Shown here one piece after another: positions 7,579 to 16,308 of a stretch of 44,297 nt of DNA. Source of the DNA: Treponema sp. (GTDB taxonomy: Bacteria; Spirochaetota; Spirochaetia; Treponematales; Breznakiellaceae). The notes below the pieces were generated by a model. The model ran no database searches. It was given only the letters and a program-made list of their open reading frames with translations, and was not told the DNA's origin. The stretch is from assembly GCA_031283725.1 (NCBI GenBank), contig JAITBG010000064.1, positions 1-44,297 of the forward strand. Direction: 5' to 3'. The translations under genes and the position numbers were made by a program. Position 1 is the stretch's first letter; each line of letters begins with the position of its first letter.

Positions 7579-9921
7579 ATGGCAATTGACAGGGGAAAAT
7601 ACATCGGTAAATTTATCGATGAGGGCGTTGAAAACATCAGGGTTGTAGAATCGCTGCTCTTTGAAATAAAAGACGGTGTTTCGATGGATGATGATCTTGC
7701 AACTCTGCTGCGGGCTCTCCATACTCTTAAAGGATCTGCCCGGATGCTGGAGTTTAAGCGAATTGAATCCCTTACCCATGCCCTGGAGGGAGTTTTTGTG
7801 GCAGTCCGGGAGCAGCGCATCGACCTTACGGATAATGCCATGCGGCTTGCCCTGGCGGCACTGGATACCCTTAAATCGGGACTGGGGACGGTGCAAAAGA
7901 CCCAGGATGACGATATTGATATCCTTGCCTTTGAAAAGGAACTTGCGGCTCTGGCGTCCAACGAGGAATTCCTGGTGCCCGTAAGTCCCGATGCCGAGGG
8001 TGACGCAAAAAAACCGCCCCATATATCGGATCAGAAAACCGCGGCGGCCGATGCGGCCCCTGAGCCCCCGACGGATGGAAAGAAAACAAGGAAGAAAGGC
8101 GAAGAAAACCTTGTTGTCAGCAGCCGGGCTATTGAAGAACGGAGCAGCCGTTCCGTAGAAAAAACGGATTCAAGAGAAGCGGGTAGTCAGGTAGCAAAGA
8201 GGGAGAAGCAGCAGGATGCGAAATCGGAAAGCATCAGGATTTCCCTTTCAAAGATAGATACCATAATTAAAAGCATTGCCTCTCTGCAATCCCTGGAGAT
8301 AGCTTCAAAAACTATTTCCATGGAAACAGAAATATTGCATGAATTGATAAAAGCATATTCCCGGGCCATTAAGGCGTCTAAAATGGTGGACCCCGTATTG
8401 GTAAATCAGTTTAGAAATGTGGAGCAGCTCAGCGGTAAAATAAATTCCAAGCTTAGAAATTATTCCATTGATGTGGGAAATAATACGCGGAATGCTTACG
8501 ATGGAGTAATATCCCTGCGGATGCTGCCGCTTTCTACAATCTTAGAAACGTATCCCCGCTATGTTTTTGAAATGTCCGCGGAGCTTGGGAAAAAAGTACA
8601 GCTTAGCATCGAGGGGAGTGAAAACGAGATCGATAAGAATATTATCGAAATACTTTCTGATGTTTTCCTCCACATGATCCGTAATGCGATAGACCATGGT
8701 ATTGAGCCGCCGGGGGATCGGCTTGCTCTGGGAAAAGATGAAGCGGGGCAGCTTGTAATTAATTGTACCCGTGAAAGCGGAAATATGAAAATTATAATTT
8801 CCGACGATGGCCGTGGCATTGATCTTGAGGCCATACGGAAAAAAGCGGTGGCCCAGGGATTGGTAACCGCCGCGACAGCAGCTTCTCTGGGCCAGGATGA
8901 TCTCACCGGTTTTATATTCCAAAGCGGCTTTACCACATCTAAAGAAATTAACAGCATTTCCGGCCGTGGAGTAGGTATGGATGCGGTACGCGCCAGTATA
9001 GAGCAGCTCAAGGGGAGTATCCTGGTGGAGAGTGTTCCCGGTCAGGGTACGGTGTTTACGATCCTTGTTCCCCTTTCCATCGCTTCTCTTATGGGCTTTC
9101 CTATAGTCTGTGGAGGAATGAAATTTATAATCCCCTCAAATTTTGTTGATACCATCCTTCTTATAAGCCAGGAAGATATTATTACGGTTGTCGATAGGCC
9201 AGGGATAAGATTTGAAAATAGGATTATAAAACTGTATTATCTTAACCAGATACTGCATCTTAAGACCGAGGGCGATCAGAATAGCAGACGGGCCCTTTTT
9301 GTGGTTATCATCCATGCCTACGATGATGTTATTGCCCTGGTAATCGATAGCATCAGCAGTATGCGGTCGGTGATCCTTAAATCAATGCCCGACTTTATGG
9401 AGAGTATCCCCGTTTTTTCAGGGATGGTGTTAAGCGAAGATTATGAGATGGTACCTGCCCTCCACATGCCAACGGTAATACGAATGGCAAAACGTCTTAA
9501 GACCATTGATATGAAGAAAAGACATATTGAATATGAGAAAATGCGTAAATCTGTCTTGGTGGTGGACGATTCTCTGCCCACCAGGGACATTGAAGGAGAA
9601 ATTCTCAGATCCGAGGGCTATAAGGTAGATACCGCAGCGGATGGAGCGGAAGCCCTGGCAGCGGCAAAGAGCAGGTCCTACGATCTCATCTGTACGGATC
9701 TTAATATGCCCATAATGGACGGCTTTATGCTTACCGAAAATGTGCGTAAGAATGAAGACCTGTCCCGAATTCCTATTATTGTTATTTCCTCAAGGGAGAG
9801 TGAAGAGGACCAGAAGCGGGCGGCCATGCTTGGCGCAAACCGCTATATTATAAAAAATTCATTTAATAACTACAACTTGCTTACGGCGGTTAAGGAACTT
9901 ATCGGAGATGCCAATGGATAG
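7579..9921 (+). CDS. cheA: Hybrid CheA-REC histidine kinase
   Basis: Hpt LRALHTLKGSARM; HMIRNAIDHGIE, DDGRGID, SGRGVGMDAV; CheW-like P5 domain; C-terminal REC (VVDDS...TDLNMPIMDG). Confidence 0.95.
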   Translation: MAIDRGKYIGKFIDEGVENIRVVESLLFEIKDGVSMDDDLATLLRALHTLKGSARMLEFKRIESLTHALEGVFVAVREQRIDLTDNAMRLALAALDTLKSGLGTVQKTQDDDIDILAFEKELAALASNEEFLVPVSPDAEGDAKKPPHISDQKTAAADAAPEPPTDGKKTRKKGEENLVVSSRAIEERSSRSVEKTDSREAGSQVAKREKQQDAKSESIRISLSKIDTIIKSIASLQSLEIASKTISMETEILHELIKAYSRAIKASKMVDPVLVNQFRNVEQLSGKINSKLRNYSIDVGNNTRNAYDGVISLRMLPLSTILETYPRYVFEMSAELGKKVQLSIEGSENEIDKNIIEILSDVFLHMIRNAIDHGIEPPGDRLALGKDEAGQLVINCTRESGNMKIIISDDGRGIDLEAIRKKAVAQGLVTAATAASLGQDDLTGFIFQSGFTTSKEINSISGRGVGMDAVRASIEQLKGSILVESVPGQGTVFTILVPLSIASLMGFPIVCGGMKFIIPSNFVDTILLISQEDIITVVDRPGIRFENRIIKLYYLNQILHLKTEGDQNSRRALFVVIIHAYDDVIALVIDSISSMRSVILKSMPDFMESIPVFSGMVLSEDYEMVPALHMPTVIRMAKRLKTIDMKKRHIEYEKMRKSVLVVDDSLPTRDIEGEILRSEGYKVDTAADGAEALAAAKSRSYDLICTDLNMPIMDGFMLTENVRKNEDLSRIPIIVISSRESEEDQKRAAMLGANRYIIKNSFNNYNLLTAVKELIGDANG

Positions 9922-11797
9922 TACTGTTTCACAGGATAAACGGATTCTTCTTTTTGAGGATTCGGATATTTTTGCCGATATGGTTTTGGAATTTCTCGAT
10001 GCCCATGGGTATCAAACGAGACGGGCGGTAAACGGTTTTGAGGGAATCAAAGCAGTATACAGTTATAAACCCCACATCATTATAACCGATGTGGAGATGC
10101 CTCTCTTTAAGGGCTACCAGGCAACCCGCCTGTTGAAATCCCGGAAAAGCACCAAATCTATTCCTATTATTATGTTCACGAGCCTTAGTGAAATTAAGGA
10201 TAAATTCTGGGGAACCCAGGCCGGGGCGGATTTTTATATCGAAAAATCACCGGAAAATTTTGCGGAGCTGCAAAATAGCATAGCCCGGCTTTTAGCGGAA
10301 GCGCCGGAGCCGGATTTTGCGGTGATTGAGCACGAAGGAAAGCGGATCGATGATAATGCCCTGATAGAAACGGTAAACAATCTCCTGGATGCCAAGCTTT
10401 TTCAGACCACGGTAATTGGTATGTTAGCGGAACTTTCCGCTAAACTTGGCTCCCTGGATGATATAGTCAAAGGCTTTTTTGATCTACTTAATTATGTCTG
10501 CGAAGCGGAAATTGTAATGGTGATGATAAAGAGTGAGGATAATTCCCTGGTTGTTTATTCCTCCAATAGTGCAGGTTTTAATGATCTGACTACCGAAGAT
10601 TTTAACGCCATCAGCATTGCTGATTTTGATGACCTGTTTCCTGACTTTCAAGTTGTCACAAGAAAAACAAAGGATTTTTATCCTCCGGGGGATAAGAAAA
10701 AACGGATCGAATCCTATATCAGGGTTCCCCTTTTGGCCGGGGGACAGAAATATGCTACCGTGCATATTGGCAATTCAATAAAAGAATATTTTTCCCCGCT
10801 CATCATGGAGAACCTGGATGTTTTTTTGAAGGCCGCTTCCCCGATTATTGCAAACGCCCTGTCCATGCTGGAGATGGAGGAACTGCAAAAGAAAACTAGG
10901 GTAGCCTTTGCCCGCTATGTTCCCGAGGATGTGATTGATGAAGTTATTCATAGATCATTCGGAACTGCGATCCAGAGTGAAACAAGAAATGTGGTGGTAT
11001 TTTTCCTGGACATACGGAATTTTACCAAGATATCAGAAAACTCAAGCGCCTATGAACTTGTGGGTTTTTTGAATACTTTCTTTTCGATCATGGGAAATGA
11101 AATAATCGCCGAAGGCGGACATATCGATAAATTTATCGGCGATGCCATAATGGCCATATTCGGCGCCCCCCGCCCTCTGTCGAATGCCCACGCCTGCGCA
11201 ATTCGTGCGGCGGTGAATATGATTAAAGCCCTGGCAAAAGTGGATACCACCCAACTCATCCTGCCCGAAAAAGGCCTTGCCGTAGGAATCGGCATTAACA
11301 GCGGGGAATGCGTTGTGGGGAATATTGGTTTCCAGGACCGGATGGACTATACCGTAATCGGCGATACTGTAAACCTCGCATCCAGGCTTGAGGGGGTTAC
11401 TAAAATGTACCGCCACCCGATTATTGTTTCCGAAAATATGTCTGAGGCTGCCCGGGACCAGTTTATATTTAGGAAAATCGATACCGTTCGGGTAAAGGGA
11501 AGAAACAGTCCCGTGGGACTCTATGCGGTATATGCTGCCTATGCCGGAGAAGCGGGGGCCGAAGATTTTCAGGATGCTGCTTCAGCCCTGGTTATTGACC
11601 GGACGTTTCTTGATTTTTATGAAAAGGGGCTTAGGCTTTTTTATATGAAGGAGTGGGAAACCGCCAAGACCTACTTTAACAACGCCCTGCAAATAGATGA
11701 AGGGGATTATCTTTCCAAGCTCTATCTGGAACGGATTGAAGAATACAGCCTCCTAGGCGAACCCGTGGACGGCGCAGTAACCCTGACCGAAAAATAA
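9908..11797 (+). CDS. Response regulator - class III adenylate cyclase (REC, GAF-like, cyclase, TPR-like tail)
   Basis: REC (FEDS...TDVEMP); cyclase motifs FLDIRNFT, DKFIGDAIMA, GIGINSG, DYTVIGDTVNLASRLE. Confidence 0.92.
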   Translation: MPMDSTVSQDKRILLFEDSDIFADMVLEFLDAHGYQTRRAVNGFEGIKAVYSYKPHIIITDVEMPLFKGYQATRLLKSRKSTKSIPIIMFTSLSEIKDKFWGTQAGADFYIEKSPENFAELQNSIARLLAEAPEPDFAVIEHEGKRIDDNALIETVNNLLDAKLFQTTVIGMLAELSAKLGSLDDIVKGFFDLLNYVCEAEIVMVMIKSEDNSLVVYSSNSAGFNDLTTEDFNAISIADFDDLFPDFQVVTRKTKDFYPPGDKKKRIESYIRVPLLAGGQKYATVHIGNSIKEYFSPLIMENLDVFLKAASPIIANALSMLEMEELQKKTRVAFARYVPEDVIDEVIHRSFGTAIQSETRNVVVFFLDIRNFTKISENSSAYELVGFLNTFFSIMGNEIIAEGGHIDKFIGDAIMAIFGAPRPLSNAHACAIRAAVNMIKALAKVDTTQLILPEKGLAVGIGINSGECVVGNIGFQDRMDYTVIGDTVNLASRLEGVTKMYRHPIIVSENMSEAARDQFIFRKIDTVRVKGRNSPVGLYAVYAAYAGEAGAEDFQDAASALVIDRTFLDFYEKGLRLFYMKEWETAKTYFNNALQIDEGDYLSKLYLERIEEYSLLGEPVDGAVTLTEK

Positions 11798-13081
11798 TTA
11801 CTGCAGCACCAGAGATACCGCATCGGGTAGCACCGTGATGGGGGCGTTTTTTCTGCCAATAATTCCATCCGCCATGGTCAGCGCATCCTCCAGGCCTGCG
11901 GCATGGCGCATGTGGAGGGAAGCGATGATCTCCGGAGCAGCAGAAGATACAAATATGACTGTCCTTTTCCGCAGTATCATTGCGGTTAGCTGAATAACCC
12001 ATTGATCGGGAATCGTTTTTTCCCGTCCCCGTTTTTCAATCTTCCCCAGTAGTTCATCCAGGGAAGGGGACTCTTTGAAAATCCGGTAGAAAGATGAAGA
12101 CCCGTGTCCATCCCGGCATTCATTAACCGAAATAATAACCCCCCGCTCTTCGCAGACAAGATCCGCCTGCATGATGGATTTGGTGGATTGATAGATATTC
12201 TGATCCAGAGGATATCCTCCGTTGGAGGTGATCACAATGGGGCCGACGGGAGACTTTACTCCGCAATGTTTCAGAACAAAGTCACAGCCCGCGCGGTGGG
12301 CCTGCTCCATATCTCCCGCGAAGGCCGCAATAATCCGTTTAGCCGGAGAAAGGGCAACGTTCAAGATAAAGGCGAGTTTTGCCTGCCGCGCCGCATAGAG
12401 CATATCCTCATGGATGAGGTTGCCATCCAGGCTTCCGGGACGGGATTTGGGATGGACCGTAAATTCGGCGTTATGGCTGGCAAGCACCGTAGTAAAACTG
12501 GCGATACCCGGCAGGACGCTTTTACGGCCCCCGCTGAAACCCGCGAACTGATGGGGTTCGATAAAACCGTCCGCCGCCAGGAGATCCGCCTCTGCGGCAA
12601 GGTGGTTTATCACCAATTCTCCCCCCGAGGGCAGACGGCCCAGGGAAACCAGGGATGAGGGGTCTTCGGAATTGTGGTTTATGATTGTTTCCCTCAGTGC
12701 TATTTCGGCGCCGAATTTTTTTTCAATTTCCTCCCGGGTTGTGGCCCGGTGGCATCCGGTACCGATAAGGATGGTGATCTTCGCCTCCGGAGAAACCCGG
12801 CGTATTTCCTCAAGCATGGCCGGCAGGGTAAGGTGGCTCGGTACAGGCCGGGTGTGATCGCTGGTCAGGATGACGATATTCTTTTTGCCCCGGGCAAGAA
12901 CAGCCAGTGGAGGGGAAGCGATAGGCGTTGAAAGGGCCTGTTTGATTATATCAAGCTCCGATGCCCCTGATTCCGGAGGCGGGGCGGGGCGGAGCACACG
13001 TACGGTACGTTCCGCCGGAACAGTACAGGATAGCTTTTTTGTACCATAGGGAACTTCAATAAGGACCGTATCAGTATTCAT
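11798..13081 (-). CDS. larA: Nickel-pincer-dependent lactate racemase family protein
   Basis: SDHTRPVP, IGTGCHR, EPHQFAGFSGGRKSVLPG, GGYPLDQNIYQ motifs of the LarA family. Confidence 0.88.
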   Translation of the reverse strand: MNTDTVLIEVPYGTKKLSCTVPAERTVRVLRPAPPPESGASELDIIKQALSTPIASPPLAVLARGKKNIVILTSDHTRPVPSHLTLPAMLEEIRRVSPEAKITILIGTGCHRATTREEIEKKFGAEIALRETIINHNSEDPSSLVSLGRLPSGGELVINHLAAEADLLAADGFIEPHQFAGFSGGRKSVLPGIASFTTVLASHNAEFTVHPKSRPGSLDGNLIHEDMLYAARQAKLAFILNVALSPAKRIIAAFAGDMEQAHRAGCDFVLKHCGVKSPVGPIVITSNGGYPLDQNIYQSTKSIMQADLVCEERGVIISVNECRDGHGSSSFYRIFKESPSLDELLGKIEKRGREKTIPDQWVIQLTAMILRKRTVIFVSSAAPEIIASLHMRHAAGLEDALTMADGIIGRKNAPITVLPDAVSLVLQ

Positions 13082-13177
13082 CGGATAAATATACCATGTT
13101 TTTTTAATTTTTCAAGGGAGATTCTCCCTGTCAGAACTTAGTTGCCCTTTCCCGGTAAAATAGGGTATACTGCACTT

Positions 13178-14281
13178 ATGATACCTATAGCCTTTACCGG
13201 AGGCGGTACTGGTGGGCATATATACCCTGGTTTGGCCGTGGCTATGATCCTGCGTGAACTTCTACCGGGCCGGATTTTTTGGATAGGTTCCGCCGCCGGA
13301 ATGGATCGGTCCATCGTTGAAGGGGCGGGATTTGAGTTCTTCGGCGTACCTTCGGGGAAGCTCCGGCGGTATTTTTCCTTAAAAAATATTTCGGATATCA
13401 TAAAAGTAAACGCCGGGTTTTGGGCAGCCCGGTGTATTCTTAAAAAAGAAAAGCCCGGGCTGCTCTTTTCCAAGGGTGGTTTTGTCAGTGTTCCTCCCTG
13501 CGCTGCCGCAGCTTCCCTGGGTATCCCGGTGTTTACCCACGAGTCGGACTACAGCCCCGGGCTTGCCACCCGGATTAACGCCCGGTTTGCCCGGCGGATC
13601 TTCACCGCTTATGAGGATACGGCGGCTTTTTTTGCCCCGGCCTTTCGGGAAAAAGTAACCGCCGTGGGCAACCCCGTACGGCCCGGCTTCCGTAATGCCA
13701 ATGCCGCCGCCGGAAGGGCTTTCATGGAGATTGGCCCGGAGGAACGGGTCCTGCTGGTCCTGGGGGGAAGCCAGGGCGCCCGGGAGATCAACGAACTGAT
13801 CCGGGAATGCTTGCCTGTTCTTACCAAATATTATACCGTGGTACACCAGACCGGTCCCGGCCAGGATTGGGATTTGCCCGCTTCAGAACGGTACCGGCCC
13901 TATGCGTATATACGGGAGGAGATGCCCCAGGTATTGGCCGCGGCGGAACTGGTCCTGGGACGCAGCGGCGCCGGTACGGTCTGGGAAGCCGCCGCTGCGG
14001 GGAAGCCCATGGCACTCATTCCGCTCCGGGGTTCAGGTACCCGGGGGGATCAGGTGGAAAACGCCGGGGTTTTCGAAAAGGCCGGCGCGGCGGTGGTAAT
14101 CGGCGGGAACGCCAGCAGCTTGAAGGAAACCGCAGTTGTTTTGACCCGTACCATTATTGAGCTTGCGGAAAACGCGGAGCTGCGGAACGCCATGACCGCC
14201 GCTTCGGAGCGTATTGGGAACCGGGATGGGGCGGAGTTGATCGCCCGAATAATACTGTCGGCTGTTACGGGAGAAGTATGA
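13178..14281 (+). CDS. murG: UDP-GlcNAc:lipid I transferase MurG
   Basis: FTGGGTGGHIYPG, GGFVSVP, GNPVR, GGSQGA, RSGAGTV, DQVENA. Start set to ATG 13178. Confidence 0.95.
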   Translation: MIPIAFTGGGTGGHIYPGLAVAMILRELLPGRIFWIGSAAGMDRSIVEGAGFEFFGVPSGKLRRYFSLKNISDIIKVNAGFWAARCILKKEKPGLLFSKGGFVSVPPCAAAASLGIPVFTHESDYSPGLATRINARFARRIFTAYEDTAAFFAPAFREKVTAVGNPVRPGFRNANAAAGRAFMEIGPEERVLLVLGGSQGAREINELIRECLPVLTKYYTVVHQTGPGQDWDLPASERYRPYAYIREEMPQVLAAAELVLGRSGAGTVWEAAAAGKPMALIPLRGSGTRGDQVENAGVFEKAGAAVVIGGNASSLKETAVVLTRTIIELAENAELRNAMTAASERIGNRDGAELIARIILSAVTGEV

Positions 14282-14775
14282 ACATGGCGATCATCGACAT
14301 AATCTTTATTGTGCTGATTTTTATCCTGGTCCTCCGCTGTGCCCTGCGGGGGTTCGTCAGGGAAGTCATGTCCATGGCTTCGGTGGTGCTGGGGCTTTTG
14401 GCGGCCCTTCTTTTTTACAAACCCGGGGCGGCATTTGTCCGGACTAAGATACTGGAGGATGTGGAGGTATTACCGGAATTGATCGCCTTTGTCTCCCTTA
14501 TGATAATCGTTTTCATTGTTATTAAGATACTGGAGCGTATCATCCAGGATATTATCTCCCGGATTACCCTTTTGGGGGGGATCGATCATTCCCTGGGGCT
14601 TGTGTTAGGCTTTCTGGAGGGCCTGCTCCTGGTAAGCCTGATCCTCTTCGCCCTCAGTATACAACCGCTGTTTAATCCAGAATCTCTTCTTGAAAATAGT
14701 TTTTTTGCGAAACTTCTTAACCCTCTGATAGGGGAGATACGGCTGCCCGTGCTGGGGGTAGAAGACAGTGTTTGA
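14278..14775 (+). CDS. cvpA: CvpA family membrane protein
   Basis: IDIIF...RGFVREV...DHSLGLVLG pattern; 4 TM segments, 165 aa. Confidence 0.85.
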   Translation: MNMAIIDIIFIVLIFILVLRCALRGFVREVMSMASVVLGLLAALLFYKPGAAFVRTKILEDVEVLPELIAFVSLMIIVFIVIKILERIIQDIISRITLLGGIDHSLGLVLGFLEGLLLVSLILFALSIQPLFNPESLLENSFFAKLLNPLIGEIRLPVLGVEDSV

Positions 14776-16069
14776 AAATATACTGGGCCAGCCGGTAATA
14801 AGCCTGCTGTCATCGGATATTAACGGGGGAACCCTGGCGCCGTCCATGCTGTTTTCCGGGCCTTTAGCTTCGGGCAAGGGCAGCGCCGCACTGGAGCTTG
14901 GACGTATCCTTTCATGTGAACAATCAAGCGCCTGGAACTGTTCCTGCCCGGCCTGTACCCGTCACCGTCAACTTGTCCATCGGGATATCCTTCTCCTGGG
15001 ACCCCGGAATTTTTCTGCGGAGATTGCGGCCTCCGCCGCAGCTTTTCTGCGTGATCCTTCGGCTCAGGCAGCGCGGTTCCTCTTTATCCGCTCGGTCCGT
15101 AAACTTCTGGCCCGTTTTTCCCCTGTCCTATGGGAAGATGAACCAAAAATAGCAAAACTAAATCCTTACATTCAGTCCCTGGACGAGGATCTGGATGAAT
15201 TGAATATCACGGACAACGAGGCCATTAAAAAGACGGTGGATGGGATACTGAAGAACAGCTTTAAACTTGAGACCGAAGGTATTGGGGATCTGATCCCCGT
15301 ATCCCAAATACGCCGGGCAGCATGGTGGAGCCGCCTGGCGCCCCAGGGGAAGCGGAAGCTTATGGTTATTGAAAATGCCGACCACATGCGGGACGAAGCC
15401 CGTAATTCTCTGCTTAAAATACTGGAAGAACCTCCGAAAACAGTAACTATTGTGCTTGCTTCGGCGCATCCCGAAGCGCTGCTTCCCACTATTTTATCCC
15501 GGCTTCGGCTTTACCGCTTTATTGCCCGGGACAAAGAGGTGGAGGCAACTGTGATACGCAAGATATTCCGGGAAAGCCGGGGGCATGCCGGTCCCATCGG
15601 CGTGTATCTTGATTCCTTCCTTCCGGTTTCCGGAGAAACCCTGTATCCCCTGGCGGCTCTCTTCGCCGCCTCGGTTGCCATGGGTTCGGTAATTGCCTTA
15701 AAGCGATCCGGAGCGGCTCTGAATGATTCTCTGGTCAGCCTGGGGAAATATACCGCCCCCATTGCGGAGGCCGCCGGCCTTGGGCGGCCCTTGGAGGATA
15801 CAAAGTCCCTGGTATCCGCTGTCCTTGAGGGCGCGGAAAATTTTGAGCTCCGCAGCCGGTTTAGCCAATTTTTACAGTTCCTTCTCACCCTGATTGGGGA
15901 AAGTCTCAACGCAGGGGACACGGATGCCATAGCCTATCGGGATATCTGGCGCACCGCAGTCCGGGAGGCGGAGATCGCCGTAGGTACCTACAACCTGAAC
16001 CCCGCCCTGGCCCTGGACCGGTTGGCCTTGGAGCTCAGGAGATCCATGGTACTATTGGTACAGGTATGA
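14768..16069 (+). CDS. holB: DNA polymerase III delta-prime-like clamp loader subunit
   Basis: FENILGQ, LFSGPLASGK, CSCPAC Zn motif, NSLLKILEEPP, LLPTILSR. Confidence 0.8.
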   Translation: MFENILGQPVISLLSSDINGGTLAPSMLFSGPLASGKGSAALELGRILSCEQSSAWNCSCPACTRHRQLVHRDILLLGPRNFSAEIAASAAAFLRDPSAQAARFLFIRSVRKLLARFSPVLWEDEPKIAKLNPYIQSLDEDLDELNITDNEAIKKTVDGILKNSFKLETEGIGDLIPVSQIRRAAWWSRLAPQGKRKLMVIENADHMRDEARNSLLKILEEPPKTVTIVLASAHPEALLPTILSRLRLYRFIARDKEVEATVIRKIFRESRGHAGPIGVYLDSFLPVSGETLYPLAALFAASVAMGSVIALKRSGAALNDSLVSLGKYTAPIAEAAGLGRPLEDTKSLVSAVLEGAENFELRSRFSQFLQFLLTLIGESLNAGDTDAIAYRDIWRTAVREAEIAVGTYNLNPALALDRLALELRRSMVLLVQV

Positions 16070-16147
16070 GAGAATTTATTAAGCGAGCCCTGCAAAAACT
16101 CAACAAGATGACCGGGGAGCATATCCGGGAGCTGCCGTATTCCGCCG
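16048..16147 (+). repeat. Left copy of 100-bp direct repeat (5' end of histidine kinase gene)
   Basis: Matches 24432-24531 with 5 mismatches by my count. In addition, 16152-16175 is identical to 24905-24928. Confidence 0.95.
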
Positions 16148-16308
16148 TTGCGGAAAACCTCGCCAGCCTTACCACTGGTGAAGATATTTTTCCTGAAAAA
16201 CTCCTTAACACCGCCGACGCCTGGAAACAGCGTTTCAGGGACCCCCTGCCCATTATGGCGCGCCGTTCCTGCAAGTGCGCCCATGTACCGCCATGGGGAG
16301 CAATATGA
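16066..16308 (+). pseudogene. Chimeric remnant of the histidine kinase gene at 24450
   Basis: MREFIKRALQKLNKMTGE.IREL.YSA joined in frame to ENLASLTT, followed by unrelated sequence. Confidence 0.8.
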
